From IMG/VR virus record IMGVR_UViG_3300030708_000834, positions 1-28,090 of that record: a stretch of 28,090 nt of DNA. One strand, given 5' to 3'. The notes beneath the pieces were generated by a model. The model saw nothing but the letters and a program-made list of their open reading frames with translations, made no database searches and was not told where the DNA came from. Source of the stretch: a virus. Its lineage: Duplodnaviria > Caudoviricetes. A program made the position numbers and the translations under genes. This document shows positions 19,765 through 27,266 of the stretch, piece by piece; within the stretch, counting starts at the first letter, position 1, and each line of letters starts with the position of its first letter.

Positions 19765-19815
19765 ACTTATTCTCCTTATAAGTTTATATTTAAGTAGTTA
19801 TTATAACTACTACTT

Positions 19816-22287
19816 TTAATGGAAGAAGTATTTACTTTTAAGTACCTCTTCAATGTTTAACTTTCCAAGCTTAGGAGGTTCTGTCTTAGCTCCTAATTGA
19901 CTCTTAATACTTTGAAGTATATCACCATTTTTATAGATGTCAACAAAAACTTTTCGTAAAATTTTATGTAAATCATCTACATGGTTTGCATGAGTACCAT
20001 AAGAGTCATGTATTAAACTAAACTCTCGTACTCCTTTATCTTCAAATAATCTTATTAAAGTTTCCATTAACATACAAGCATCTATACTATGTACAAAGTT
20101 AGGAGAGAAGCCAGACTTCTGTTTACCTTCGGCAGCTATATCTACTCTCTTTTGTATATGTAGTTGTACTCTTTGATTACCAATAAACAAACTTACTCTT
20201 TTCTTTTTACTCTTTTGATAACTTTGAATTACTGGGAAGTTTGTTAATGGAGTATACCATTTAATAAATTGTTGATTGCTTTCTTCTACTATAGTATCAA
20301 ACCAGTCCATTGTTTTCCTCGCACCCACAACGACATTTCTTATGGACTCGCCTAGCTTATCTGCTAGGTACACTGAAGCTCTAAATTTGTCTACTGTGTA
20401 TCCCTCTAGTTTTTCTTTAGCTTGTTCTAGTATTTGGTCTTTTAATCCATACTGACTTACACCATATGGAGTAGTCATAGTACCAGACTTAACTAATTTT
20501 CTATCTACTTTATCTTGCCACATCTGACAATAGTTTCTTTCTATTCCTGCTTCATCATCTAACTTTAATTGTTCTTTTAATTCTTCTGCTACTTCAGTAT
20601 AAATATCTTGTGGTTCTTTTGAGTCTAATAAGTTTACTGCTTTACCTCCTATCTCGTCAAGTGTCATAGCAGATAAATGTTGTAACCCATTACAAGTTCC
20701 ATCCATGTTAATTGGTAGATAAGATATGTTATCTCCTTTAGCATACTCTAAACAAAATCCAAGAAACTGAAAAGGACTATCAGCATCACACCAATAAGAA
20801 CACTCTAAGGGTTTTCTTCCACATTCAAGAATCCATTTTTTATTTTCTTCAAACCATTTTACTCTTGAATCAAAATCTATTTTATCTTCTCCATACGCAT
20901 TAGCACATCCCACTTTCCACCAGTACATACCTTTGTCTGTTAACTTGTAACCTCTAGAAAATTTTAATAGAGACTTACCTATATCATTTGATTGTGGATT
21001 TAATGTAGTAGGTATAGGATATATCCTCCCTCTAAAATCTAAATTCCATGGGAAGTATATCTCTTTGTATTTAGAATAATCTTCTGCTATCTGCATTTGT
21101 GAAAGTAAAGCTATACGTTTAGATGACATCTCTCTATTCTCTGCATATACATTAGCACAAGCTTTACTATATCTAGAAACTAAATCTTTATTTTCTTTTT
21201 TAAATTTTATCCATTCTTCTTTAGACATTTTATCCCAAGGTCTTGGAGGAAGCTCAGCGTTTTCTGTAGTAGGTAATCCTGCTATACCTCCACACTCTAC
21301 CCACAACGTCTTCATAACATCAAGCACCTCTGTGTTAATTGCCCAAGAAGTTTGTTGTGCCGTGTTAACAGCTTTCATAGCAATGGTTAAATCCTCCTGC
21401 CCCAAATCTCTGTGTTGTTTAATAGTCATACGCCTAATAAAATCAGGCTTCCAGTTTGGGTGTTGACTTAAGTAGCCACCAGAATATAAGCTAGTCCAAT
21501 TCACAGGAGGAACAACCATAGGTCTGTATGTTGGAGTAAAAAATGCTAGTAGTTCTGAGCTTTCATTTAGAAATTTTTTAATTTTTTCTGATAACGTAAC
21601 CACAAAGGCGGTTTTGTTTTTACCTACTCTTATTCTTTTGCTTTCAAACATTCCAGTTTGTTCGATAGCTAATTCTAAAAGTTTGTGACCTAGTCGTAGT
21701 TTATCTTCTTTATCAAGTGTATGTTTTAACATTCCTCTTTCACTCATGCACTTCTCTACAAATTCTAATTCTTTATTCTTATACGCATCTATATGTTTAA
21801 CATGAGTTTGAATTGAACGCAACATTTTTGGTTCTTGTTTTTTAAATTTTCTGTAGTTAGCTTCATGTATTAATGTTTCTGCTAACGCTATACATATAGA
21901 AGTTTGTTTTGCTAAATCATTATTAGTAGTTACTATATGATTAAACACAACCTTCAATGTACAAAAAGCATATTCAAATGGTGAGAGTTCAAGGCTTTTA
22001 AATATAGAACGAGTAGTAGCTTTTCTACCTGCATTCCAACCTCTTTCTTTTGTTGAAGGATATATCCAGTCTTCGATTGATTTGGATAGTTGTTGAGTAG
22101 AACGAGAAATAAGAAGTATGACTGGTTTTGTTTCACCAGCCCTACCTCTTTTCTCCATGTCCGAAAGAGCTTTCTGATACCTCTCTACAGTAATTTCTAT
22201 AGATTGGTTCTCTAATTCTTTTTGTTGTTTGTATAAAGGTTCTATGACAGTGTCATAGAAAGTATTGAAAGAATCATTACTGCTCAC
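19816..22287 (-). CDS. Single-subunit T7-like RNA polymerase (gp1)
   Basis: PMVVPP..W, LDFRGRIYP, DGTCNGLQH (motif A), RKLVKSGTMTTPYG (motif B), PNFVHSIDA and IHDSYGTH (motif C); GTG start with GGAG RBS. Confidence 0.97.
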   Translation of the reverse strand: MSSNDSFNTFYDTVIEPLYKQQKELENQSIEITVERYQKALSDMEKRGRAGETKPVILLISRSTQQLSKSIEDWIYPSTKERGWNAGRKATTRSIFKSLELSPFEYAFCTLKVVFNHIVTTNNDLAKQTSICIALAETLIHEANYRKFKKQEPKMLRSIQTHVKHIDAYKNKELEFVEKCMSERGMLKHTLDKEDKLRLGHKLLELAIEQTGMFESKRIRVGKNKTAFVVTLSEKIKKFLNESSELLAFFTPTYRPMVVPPVNWTSLYSGGYLSQHPNWKPDFIRRMTIKQHRDLGQEDLTIAMKAVNTAQQTSWAINTEVLDVMKTLWVECGGIAGLPTTENAELPPRPWDKMSKEEWIKFKKENKDLVSRYSKACANVYAENREMSSKRIALLSQMQIAEDYSKYKEIYFPWNLDFRGRIYPIPTTLNPQSNDIGKSLLKFSRGYKLTDKGMYWWKVGCANAYGEDKIDFDSRVKWFEENKKWILECGRKPLECSYWCDADSPFQFLGFCLEYAKGDNISYLPINMDGTCNGLQHLSAMTLDEIGGKAVNLLDSKEPQDIYTEVAEELKEQLKLDDEAGIERNYCQMWQDKVDRKLVKSGTMTTPYGVSQYGLKDQILEQAKEKLEGYTVDKFRASVYLADKLGESIRNVVVGARKTMDWFDTIVEESNQQFIKWYTPLTNFPVIQSYQKSKKKRVSLFIGNQRVQLHIQKRVDIAAEGKQKSGFSPNFVHSIDACMLMETLIRLFEDKGVREFSLIHDSYGTHANHVDDLHKILRKVFVDIYKNGDILQSIKSQLGAKTEPPKLGKLNIEEVLKSKYFFH
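22240..22260. repeat. Early-region palindrome, copy 1 (TTCTATGACA-G-TGTCATAGAA)
   Basis: Perfect 10-1-10 inverted repeat inside the 5' end of the RNA polymerase gene (encodes FYDTVIE). Confidence 0.92.
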
Positions 22288-22492
22288 GTTTAGCTCTCCA
22301 TTCGTCTAATCCTTGTTCGTGATTAGGGTCGAATAACTCTGAGCCACAACGACCACAGTTAGTTCCTATCTCTAGTGTACCAAACATAAGACCACAACTA
22401 CCACAGTAACCTGCGTGTTTTCCCAAACTTTTTGTTTGACAAGTATCTTTTTCTACTAAATAGTTGTAGGGTCGTAATTTAAATATACTCAT
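22277..22492 (-). CDS. Small zinc-finger protein
   Basis: CGSC...CGRC pairs; GGAGG RBS; overlaps the RNA polymerase start. Confidence 0.7.
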   Translation of the reverse strand: MSIFKLRPYNYLVEKDTCQTKSLGKHAGYCGSCGLMFGTLEIGTNCGRCGSELFDPNHEQGLDEWRAKREQ

Positions 22493-22524
22493 ATAACCAC
22501 CTCCAATTAAGTTATGGTTATAAG

Positions 22525-22552
22525 AGTATCATTATTTTTTAATAGTTGTCAA
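22525..22552 (-). promoter_or_regulatory. Host sigma70-type promoter for the Zn-finger/RNA polymerase operon
   Basis: TTGACA-N16-GATACT on the minus strand; the -35 lies within a 9-1-9 palindrome (22540-22558). Confidence 0.62.
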
Positions 22553-22561
22553 CTATTATTT

Positions 22562-22915
22562 TTATTTTTCTATATCTAATTCTAATTGATTAGCATTAGT
22601 ATCATTATCTAAATACCAACCTTTGTCTTTACATCTTAATATATATTCAGCGTACTCTTTTCTGCCTTCAAATATTTGTTCACTTCCATCAGTTACTTCA
22701 TTGACTGCTTTGTTACAATCATCTATCTCATTGTTACAAGCATCTTCAATAAATTTTTCTATTTTAAATATTCTAGTTTCTAACCACCTAACGTAGTTTT
22801 CATTAAAAGAATATTGTACTATTGGTTGGAACGACTTCTCACATTCTACAGTTTTTTCTTTCATTGGTTGTTCTCCAGTGACTGCTGTGAATGTGTCATA
22901 TATTTTTTCTCGCAT
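22562..22915 (-). CDS. Acidic hypothetical early protein
   Basis: 117 aa ORF with AAAGGA RBS; no recognisable motif. Confidence 0.6.
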   Translation of the reverse strand: MREKIYDTFTAVTGEQPMKEKTVECEKSFQPIVQYSFNENYVRWLETRIFKIEKFIEDACNNEIDDCNKAVNEVTDGSEQIFEGRKEYAEYILRCKDKGWYLDNDTNANQLELDIEK

Positions 22916-22946
22916 AATTATTTCCTTTGTTATTGTTAAATAAAAG

Positions 22947-22963
22947 CTATGACAGTGTCATAG
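22947..22963. repeat. Early-region palindrome, copy 2 (CTATGACA-G-TGTCATAG)
   Basis: Perfect 8-1-8; intergenic, about 30 nt upstream of ATG 22915. Confidence 0.92.
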
Positions 22964-23049
22964 GATTTTGGGTTAACCTATACACCCAAAGGTTTCATCG
23001 CACTATAAACTAAAGGTTATTATCCCCCTTTCTTTGTTAGTAGTTTAAT

Positions 23050-23088
23050 AAAAAAGTGAGTGTTTTTAACTAGGAAACAGAACACTCA
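23050..23088 (-). terminator. Possible intrinsic terminator after the GATase/amidoligase cluster
   Basis: TGAGTGTT...AACACTCA stem with a large loop, followed by CTTTTTT on the minus strand. Confidence 0.4.
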
Positions 23089-23142
23089 AACTGCCTACAA
23101 AGGCGTGAAAATGAATAAGGAACACTCCTTTGTATATGTGTA

Positions 23143-23994
23143 TTATACTATATCTGTAAAATGTGTGCAACAAGAATGACAAGATATAATATAGTTACTA
23201 CCTTTCTTAGTTTCTCCCAAGAAGGCTAAGCAATATGGACAGATAGATTCATTCAAATCTAACTGTGCTTGTGTAGATAAGTTCTGTACATTTACAGTGT
23301 TGTAACCATACTTTAAGAACGTATCTCTATCTTTCTTTTTCTTCTTCTTCCTCTTGGTATAGAAGTTGTTGAAACTAAAGTTATCATAGTACTTACCATA
23401 AAAACCCATAGTACCACAACCATAACTGTAAGTAGAATTAGAATACCAATTCCCATCGTCAGCTTCAGTCCACCCCTTACCAATCATAGTAATACCTCTA
23501 CTAGTAAGAATAGCAACTTTGTTAGTACCACTTACAACTGTATTCATAATAGATTTGAAGCCCTTGCCAAAGCTTCTGAACTGAGCTTCGTCAATGTATC
23601 TAGTAAGTACCATTGTATCTGATACCCCATCTCTAGCTTCTTCTCCAAACCTACCACCCAAGACACCATTGTGTATAAGTATCTTGTCAGTCTTACCCTC
23701 TGTCTTTCTCATTTGTTTGTAGGAACTAGTAATCGGAAAAGGATGACAACATTCTTTGGATGTACCACCATGAGTAGTAATCCTCATATGAATCAATGCT
23801 TCATCTTCTGTTCTGATATTCTGTTCCAACTCTTTGTAATACTCATCTACATCAAAGTAACCTTTGGCATACTTGATATAGCCATTACGTTTAACTGCAT
23901 ACCCACCCCCGTCGGGATTGTGTTCAAAAGAATTTTGTATATACTTCTTTGAAGGTATGGCTTGACCTTTCGGTTTAATTATTGCAATACACAT
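23143..23994 (-). CDS. Class II (Ntn) glutamine amidotransferase, copy B
   Basis: N-terminal M-C nucleophile, NPDGGG, HMRITTHG, CHPF, HNG and SDT motifs; C-terminal CPYC..CHSC. Confidence 0.87.
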   Translation of the reverse strand: MCIAIIKPKGQAIPSKKYIQNSFEHNPDGGGYAVKRNGYIKYAKGYFDVDEYYKELEQNIRTEDEALIHMRITTHGGTSKECCHPFPITSSYKQMRKTEGKTDKILIHNGVLGGRFGEEARDGVSDTMVLTRYIDEAQFRSFGKGFKSIMNTVVSGTNKVAILTSRGITMIGKGWTEADDGNWYSNSTYSYGCGTMGFYGKYYDNFSFNNFYTKRKKKKKKDRDTFLKYGYNTVNVQNLSTQAQLDLNESICPYCLAFLGETKKGSNYIISCHSCCTHFTDIV

Positions 23995-24004
23995 ACTTAC
24001 CTTT

Positions 24005-24021
24005 CTATGACAACTGTCATA
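24005..24021. repeat. Early-region palindrome, copy 3 (CTATGACA-AC-TGTCATA)
   Basis: Contains the amidoligase stop codon and abuts the GAAAGG RBS of GATase B. Confidence 0.88.
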
Positions 24022-25876
24022 CTTTTTTTCTGAAATAACTATCGTTAGTCAACACCTTGTGTAGTTGTTGATACTTCTTCTCTCTGTTGTGAACAAACGC
24101 TTTGTAGTAATCCCAAGCACTATCATTCATAACCTCTTGTTTAGTTGCTTGCATCGACCAATGAACAAGCGAATCCACAAAGTCAATATATCGCATCATA
24201 TGTATCCCATCATAATCGGGAGTAGCAAAGACACGAAACTCAACAGTATTGAAATTGTTGAAGTTGATAGCTTGGTATCTATTCTCATGATTATCTTTAC
24301 CGAAGTATTCCCAAGAATCTCTTGAATAGTCTTTGCTGAAGCGAGCCCAACTTGCACTGCGTCTACCTGCAATCCTACACACATAGGGTTTGTACCTATG
24401 AAAGAACCAATCCATCTTACGACACGTTTCGTTGTCCTCACCATACCCTATGAAACTTCTGTTGATATGGATATGAACACCACAATCATTAGACTCTCCT
24501 TCAGGGTCATGATAATGTTCTATCATGTCTGACGAAAAGGTAGGTAAATACTTCTGATGATACCTATGACTTGAAGGATGAGTAATGAACTCACAACCCT
24601 CTGATAGACTCCCATCATGTTGAATGTCGCCAAGTATTTTATATCTCTTACGAATGCTATGACAGTCGTCATAGTCGGGTCTACCATACCCATCAACCTC
24701 TAACTCTACGCCCATCAGCAAAGTCTTGAGTGGATTCTCTGATGCCATACATCTTATCATCCAAGCATCAAAGTTGTGGTAACTATTGATATCCCTTTGC
24801 ATAGCGTAAGCAAGAGCCTTATCTCCACAATCCATACATTTGTTGATATACATAGACGTTTCTTCTACTGCTTGACCACATCTACTACAGAAGCGAACAC
24901 CAATAGAAAGTAAACCCTCTTTACTAGCCCACCTACCATTGTATTCAATAAGAGTGTCTTTGTGAGTCCACTCATCAGTGATAGGACAACGAACAAAGTT
25001 TTCCTCAACGTGTTCGGGTTTGTATCTACTACCATTGATAATTGGTGCTTCCCACCTATGACCAATGACTCTGTCACTAGAGTAATCACAACGCCACCAT
25101 TGTGGAATTACAATGTAGCAATCTTCATACAACTCCTCAAAGAACTCTGGCATTACTATCATGTCGACTTGTTCTCTGAGAGCTGGGTCGTGAACGTAAA
25201 GACACAAATCATCCTTCATTCTTCTGAGCCATTCTTCATAGTGCTCACAACATAGGATATGACTTGTGATAGTCCTTGAATGAGTATAGTTACGAGCAAA
25301 GCAACGCTCTAGAGCATTCTGCTCATCTAGAATATTTAGTAACTTTGCATACTCCTCTTGGTCACTCGTCTGTATACCCATTTGATTAGCAGTATTTTCC
25401 TTGACTCTAGCATAATCATACTTGACCATTTTACTTCTTTCAGCTTCCCACTCTCGCAAGGTTAGATTAGATGCTAGTGTACCTACTTCTCTGAAGTAAT
25501 CATGGTGTCGTTGAGAATATATACCTATCAACTCTACTCGTTTACCCTCGTACCTTGCAGTATTCCTAGACCAACAGTCATAGTGTCTTACTCTACAGAT
25601 ATACTTTCTCTCTCGCATTGTAAAGAAAGCTCTGACTCTTTGTTTGTTATCCACATCAACTCTGTATCGAACATCACAAGATGAGCCATGACCATCACTA
25701 TCCATACAACAAGGAAGCTTCAAGAACTGATACAATTCTTCTAGAGTAGTAATATCAACTTGCACTTCGGGATAAGCACACACATCCTCATAACTTGGAA
25801 AGTTTTTATGGAAGCTTTTCCAATACTCTTTATCACGATTGTGAAAGTCTACAAGCTCTGTCATTGGCATAGTCAT
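24017..25876 (-). CDS. Putative amidoligase (COOH-NH2 ligase, glutamine synthetase/gamma-glutamylcysteine ligase-like fold) with a long Cys-rich N-terminal region
   Basis: GVELEV, HDGSL..GCEFITHP, CGVHIHINR, RYQAINF and TVEFRVF motifs in the C-terminal ~240 aa; CxxC pairs upstream. Confidence 0.82.
   Translation of the reverse strand: MTMPMTELVDFHNRDKEYWKSFHKNFPSYEDVCAYPEVQVDITTLEELYQFLKLPCCMDSDGHGSSCDVRYRVDVDNKQRVRAFFTMRERKYICRVRHYDCWSRNTARYEGKRVELIGIYSQRHHDYFREVGTLASNLTLREWEAERSKMVKYDYARVKENTANQMGIQTSDQEEYAKLLNILDEQNALERCFARNYTHSRTITSHILCCEHYEEWLRRMKDDLCLYVHDPALREQVDMIVMPEFFEELYEDCYIVIPQWWRCDYSSDRVIGHRWEAPIINGSRYKPEHVEENFVRCPITDEWTHKDTLIEYNGRWASKEGLLSIGVRFCSRCGQAVEETSMYINKCMDCGDKALAYAMQRDINSYHNFDAWMIRCMASENPLKTLLMGVELEVDGYGRPDYDDCHSIRKRYKILGDIQHDGSLSEGCEFITHPSSHRYHQKYLPTFSSDMIEHYHDPEGESNDCGVHIHINRSFIGYGEDNETCRKMDWFFHRYKPYVCRIAGRRSASWARFSKDYSRDSWEYFGKDNHENRYQAINFNNFNTVEFRVFATPDYDGIHMMRYIDFVDSLVHWSMQATKQEVMNDSAWDYYKAFVHNREKKYQQLHKVLTNDSYFRKKV
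24657..24674. repeat. Early-region palindrome, copy 4 (CTATGAC-AGTC-GTCATAG)
   Basis: One mismatch from consensus; inside the amidoligase coding sequence (YDDCHS). Confidence 0.75.
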
Positions 25877-26814
25877 TTGTTAGTCTCCTTTTCTATGACA
25901 GGTGTCATATCTTTTCTGCTACTCACAATATCGTAGGCTTGTGAGCTACTCAATCCCTCAAGCATCAGCTCTGTAACAGTAGCTTTCTTGAGCCACTTGA
26001 CTACGTTAGCATATGAATACTTGCCACAATCGGATACGTAATCTTTCTTCATAGGTTTGTTACTGTACACACAAATACCTTTGGATACTAGATACAAGTC
26101 ATCGCCCTCCAAAGAGTCATAGTCTTCCATGTAGATATTACCCACACTAGAATACCCATAAGAGTTTACCCACTTCTTGTTAGCAGTAGTTACAACACTT
26201 GGTGCTAGTGGTCTTTCGTAACTGTCATTGGAATACAAACAATCTTCATGTTCTTCCCAAGTACCCACAGTAACCCATTCTTCTTTGCCTTTGTCCAATC
26301 GCATATAAGCAAGTCTGCAAGGGTCTGAAGCCATGGCAAGCATACGTCTTGACTCCTTCTTGAAAGGGTCTAGACCACACTTCATGGTCATACGATTGAA
26401 CGTCATAGTATCGCTGACATCGTTGCCATCATAGGTTTCTGTTTCAATATCAATCATGCCATTGTGCATGAACACAGTACCCACAGAACATTCAAGTTTA
26501 GTCATCTGATAATATGACATTGTCATAGGAAATGGATGACATTGTTCTGCAACAGCATACAACTTACCATTCTTTGTAACGCCATGAGTAGCGATACGCA
26601 TATGAATAAACGCAACGTCTTCAGTACTCACATTGTTCTTTAGATGTTTGTAAAAGACTTCAAAGTCAAAGAAGCCTTTAGTTATTTTGAATCTACGTCT
26701 GCCTTTGTCTAACGTAGCCAAGCCACCACCATGTGAGTTGTGCATGAAACATCTTTGAAGCACTTCTCGATTTGGTAGCTCAACTCCATTAGGTTTAATA
26801 ATTGCTACACACAT
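25873..26814 (-). CDS. Class II (Ntn) glutamine amidotransferase, copy A
   Basis: N-terminal M-C nucleophile, NSHGGG, HMRIATHG, CHPF, MHNG and SDT motifs; AAGGAGG RBS; ATGA overlap with the amidoligase. Confidence 0.87.
   Translation of the reverse strand: MCVAIIKPNGVELPNREVLQRCFMHNSHGGGLATLDKGRRRFKITKGFFDFEVFYKHLKNNVSTEDVAFIHMRIATHGVTKNGKLYAVAEQCHPFPMTMSYYQMTKLECSVGTVFMHNGMIDIETETYDGNDVSDTMTFNRMTMKCGLDPFKKESRRMLAMASDPCRLAYMRLDKGKEEWVTVGTWEEHEDCLYSNDSYERPLAPSVVTTANKKWVNSYGYSSVGNIYMEDYDSLEGDDLYLVSKGICVYSNKPMKKDYVSDCGKYSYANVVKWLKKATVTELMLEGLSSSQAYDIVSSRKDMTPVIEKETNK
25893..25909. repeat. Early-region palindrome, copy 5 (CTATGACA-GG-TGTCATA)
   Basis: In the last codons of GATase A, abutting the AAGGAG RBS of the amidoligase. 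Confidence 0.88.
26513..26528. repeat. Early-region palindrome, copy 6 (TATGACA-T-TGTCATAG)
   Basis: Inside GATase A (PMTMSY). Confidence 0.8.
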
Positions 26815-26909
26815 TACTTAACCTCCTTGTTGATGATAAGATAAAGTATTAGTTTCTTTCTTCTATCTAATATCTTTATCCAATCAATGATTAGATAATC
26901 TATAAACAT
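26814..26909 (-). CDS. 31 aa peptide, first ORF of the early operon
   Basis: MFIDYLIIDWIKILDRRKKLILYLIINKEVK; GAAAGGAAAG RBS; TAATG overlap with the GATase A start. Confidence 0.6.
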   Translation of the reverse strand: MFIDYLIIDWIKILDRRKKLILYLIINKEVK

Positions 26910-26924
26910 AATACACTTTCCTTT

Positions 26925-26941
26925 CTATGACAGTGTCATAG
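26925..26941. repeat. Early-region palindrome, copy 7 (CTATGACA-G-TGTCATAG)
   Basis: Perfect 8-1-8; abuts the RBS of the 31 aa ORF. Confidence 0.92.
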
Positions 26942-26984
26942 CTTTTGTTTACAATACACACAGTACCCACAAAATATGATTGTG

Positions 26985-27060
26985 CCTTGCTACTCGTAGC
27001 TCATATTGACACAGTCTTTCAAAGCGTAAAGGTCGCCACAAGACTACGAGTAATGCAAGG
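26985..27060. other. Long interrupted stem-loop in the early leader (RNase III site-like or structured RNA)
   Basis: CCTTGC-TACTCGTAG (26985-26999) pairs with CTACGAGTA-AT-GCAAGG (27044-27060). Confidence 0.55.
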
Positions 27061-27093
27061 TATGGTCTGTAAGAATCGCACCTAGTTCAATTC

Positions 27094-27111
27094 CTATGAC
27101 AAGTGTCATAG
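27094..27111. repeat. Early-region palindrome, copy 8 (CTATGACA-AG-TGTCATAG)
   Basis: Perfect 8-2-8; about 50 nt downstream of the early promoter -10. Confidence 0.92.
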
Positions 27112-27160
27112 AAAAGTATTAGACACGTAGTAGATATATTCCTCTACTGTTAATATAAAT

Positions 27161-27189
27161 AGTATATCACAACAACCACAATATGTCAA
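27161..27189 (-). promoter_or_regulatory. Strong host sigma70-type early promoter
   Basis: TTGACA-N17-TATACT with an extended -10 TG (TGATATACT) on the minus strand. Confidence 0.82.
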
Positions 27190-27240
27190 CTAAGACAGGA
27201 AACTTTTTATTGTACCCACAAACTTCGAAATCTGAAAAAA

Positions 27241-27257
27241 TATGACAGTTGTCATAG
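27241..27257. repeat. Early-region palindrome, copy 9 (TATGACA-GT-TGTCATAG)
   Basis: About 50 nt upstream of the early promoter -35, flanked by A-tracts. Confidence 0.88.
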
Positions 27258-27266
27258 AAAAAAAAT

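Noticed and set aside
20654-20669. GTGTCATAG half-site within the RNA polymerase gene (also weak ATGACTCTGTCAC near 25065)
   Set aside because: Only one good arm, so compatible with chance; not counted in the array.
21954-25089. Short minus-strand ORFs 21954-22136, 24196-24444 and 24865-25089
   Set aside because: They are nested out of frame within the RNA polymerase or amidoligase genes and have no independent support.
18337-26814. Z-genome (2-aminoadenine) pathway
   Set aside because: No PurZ/adenylosuccinate synthetase-like or HD-domain dATPase gene is in the window; the DUF5664-like gene alone is insufficient.
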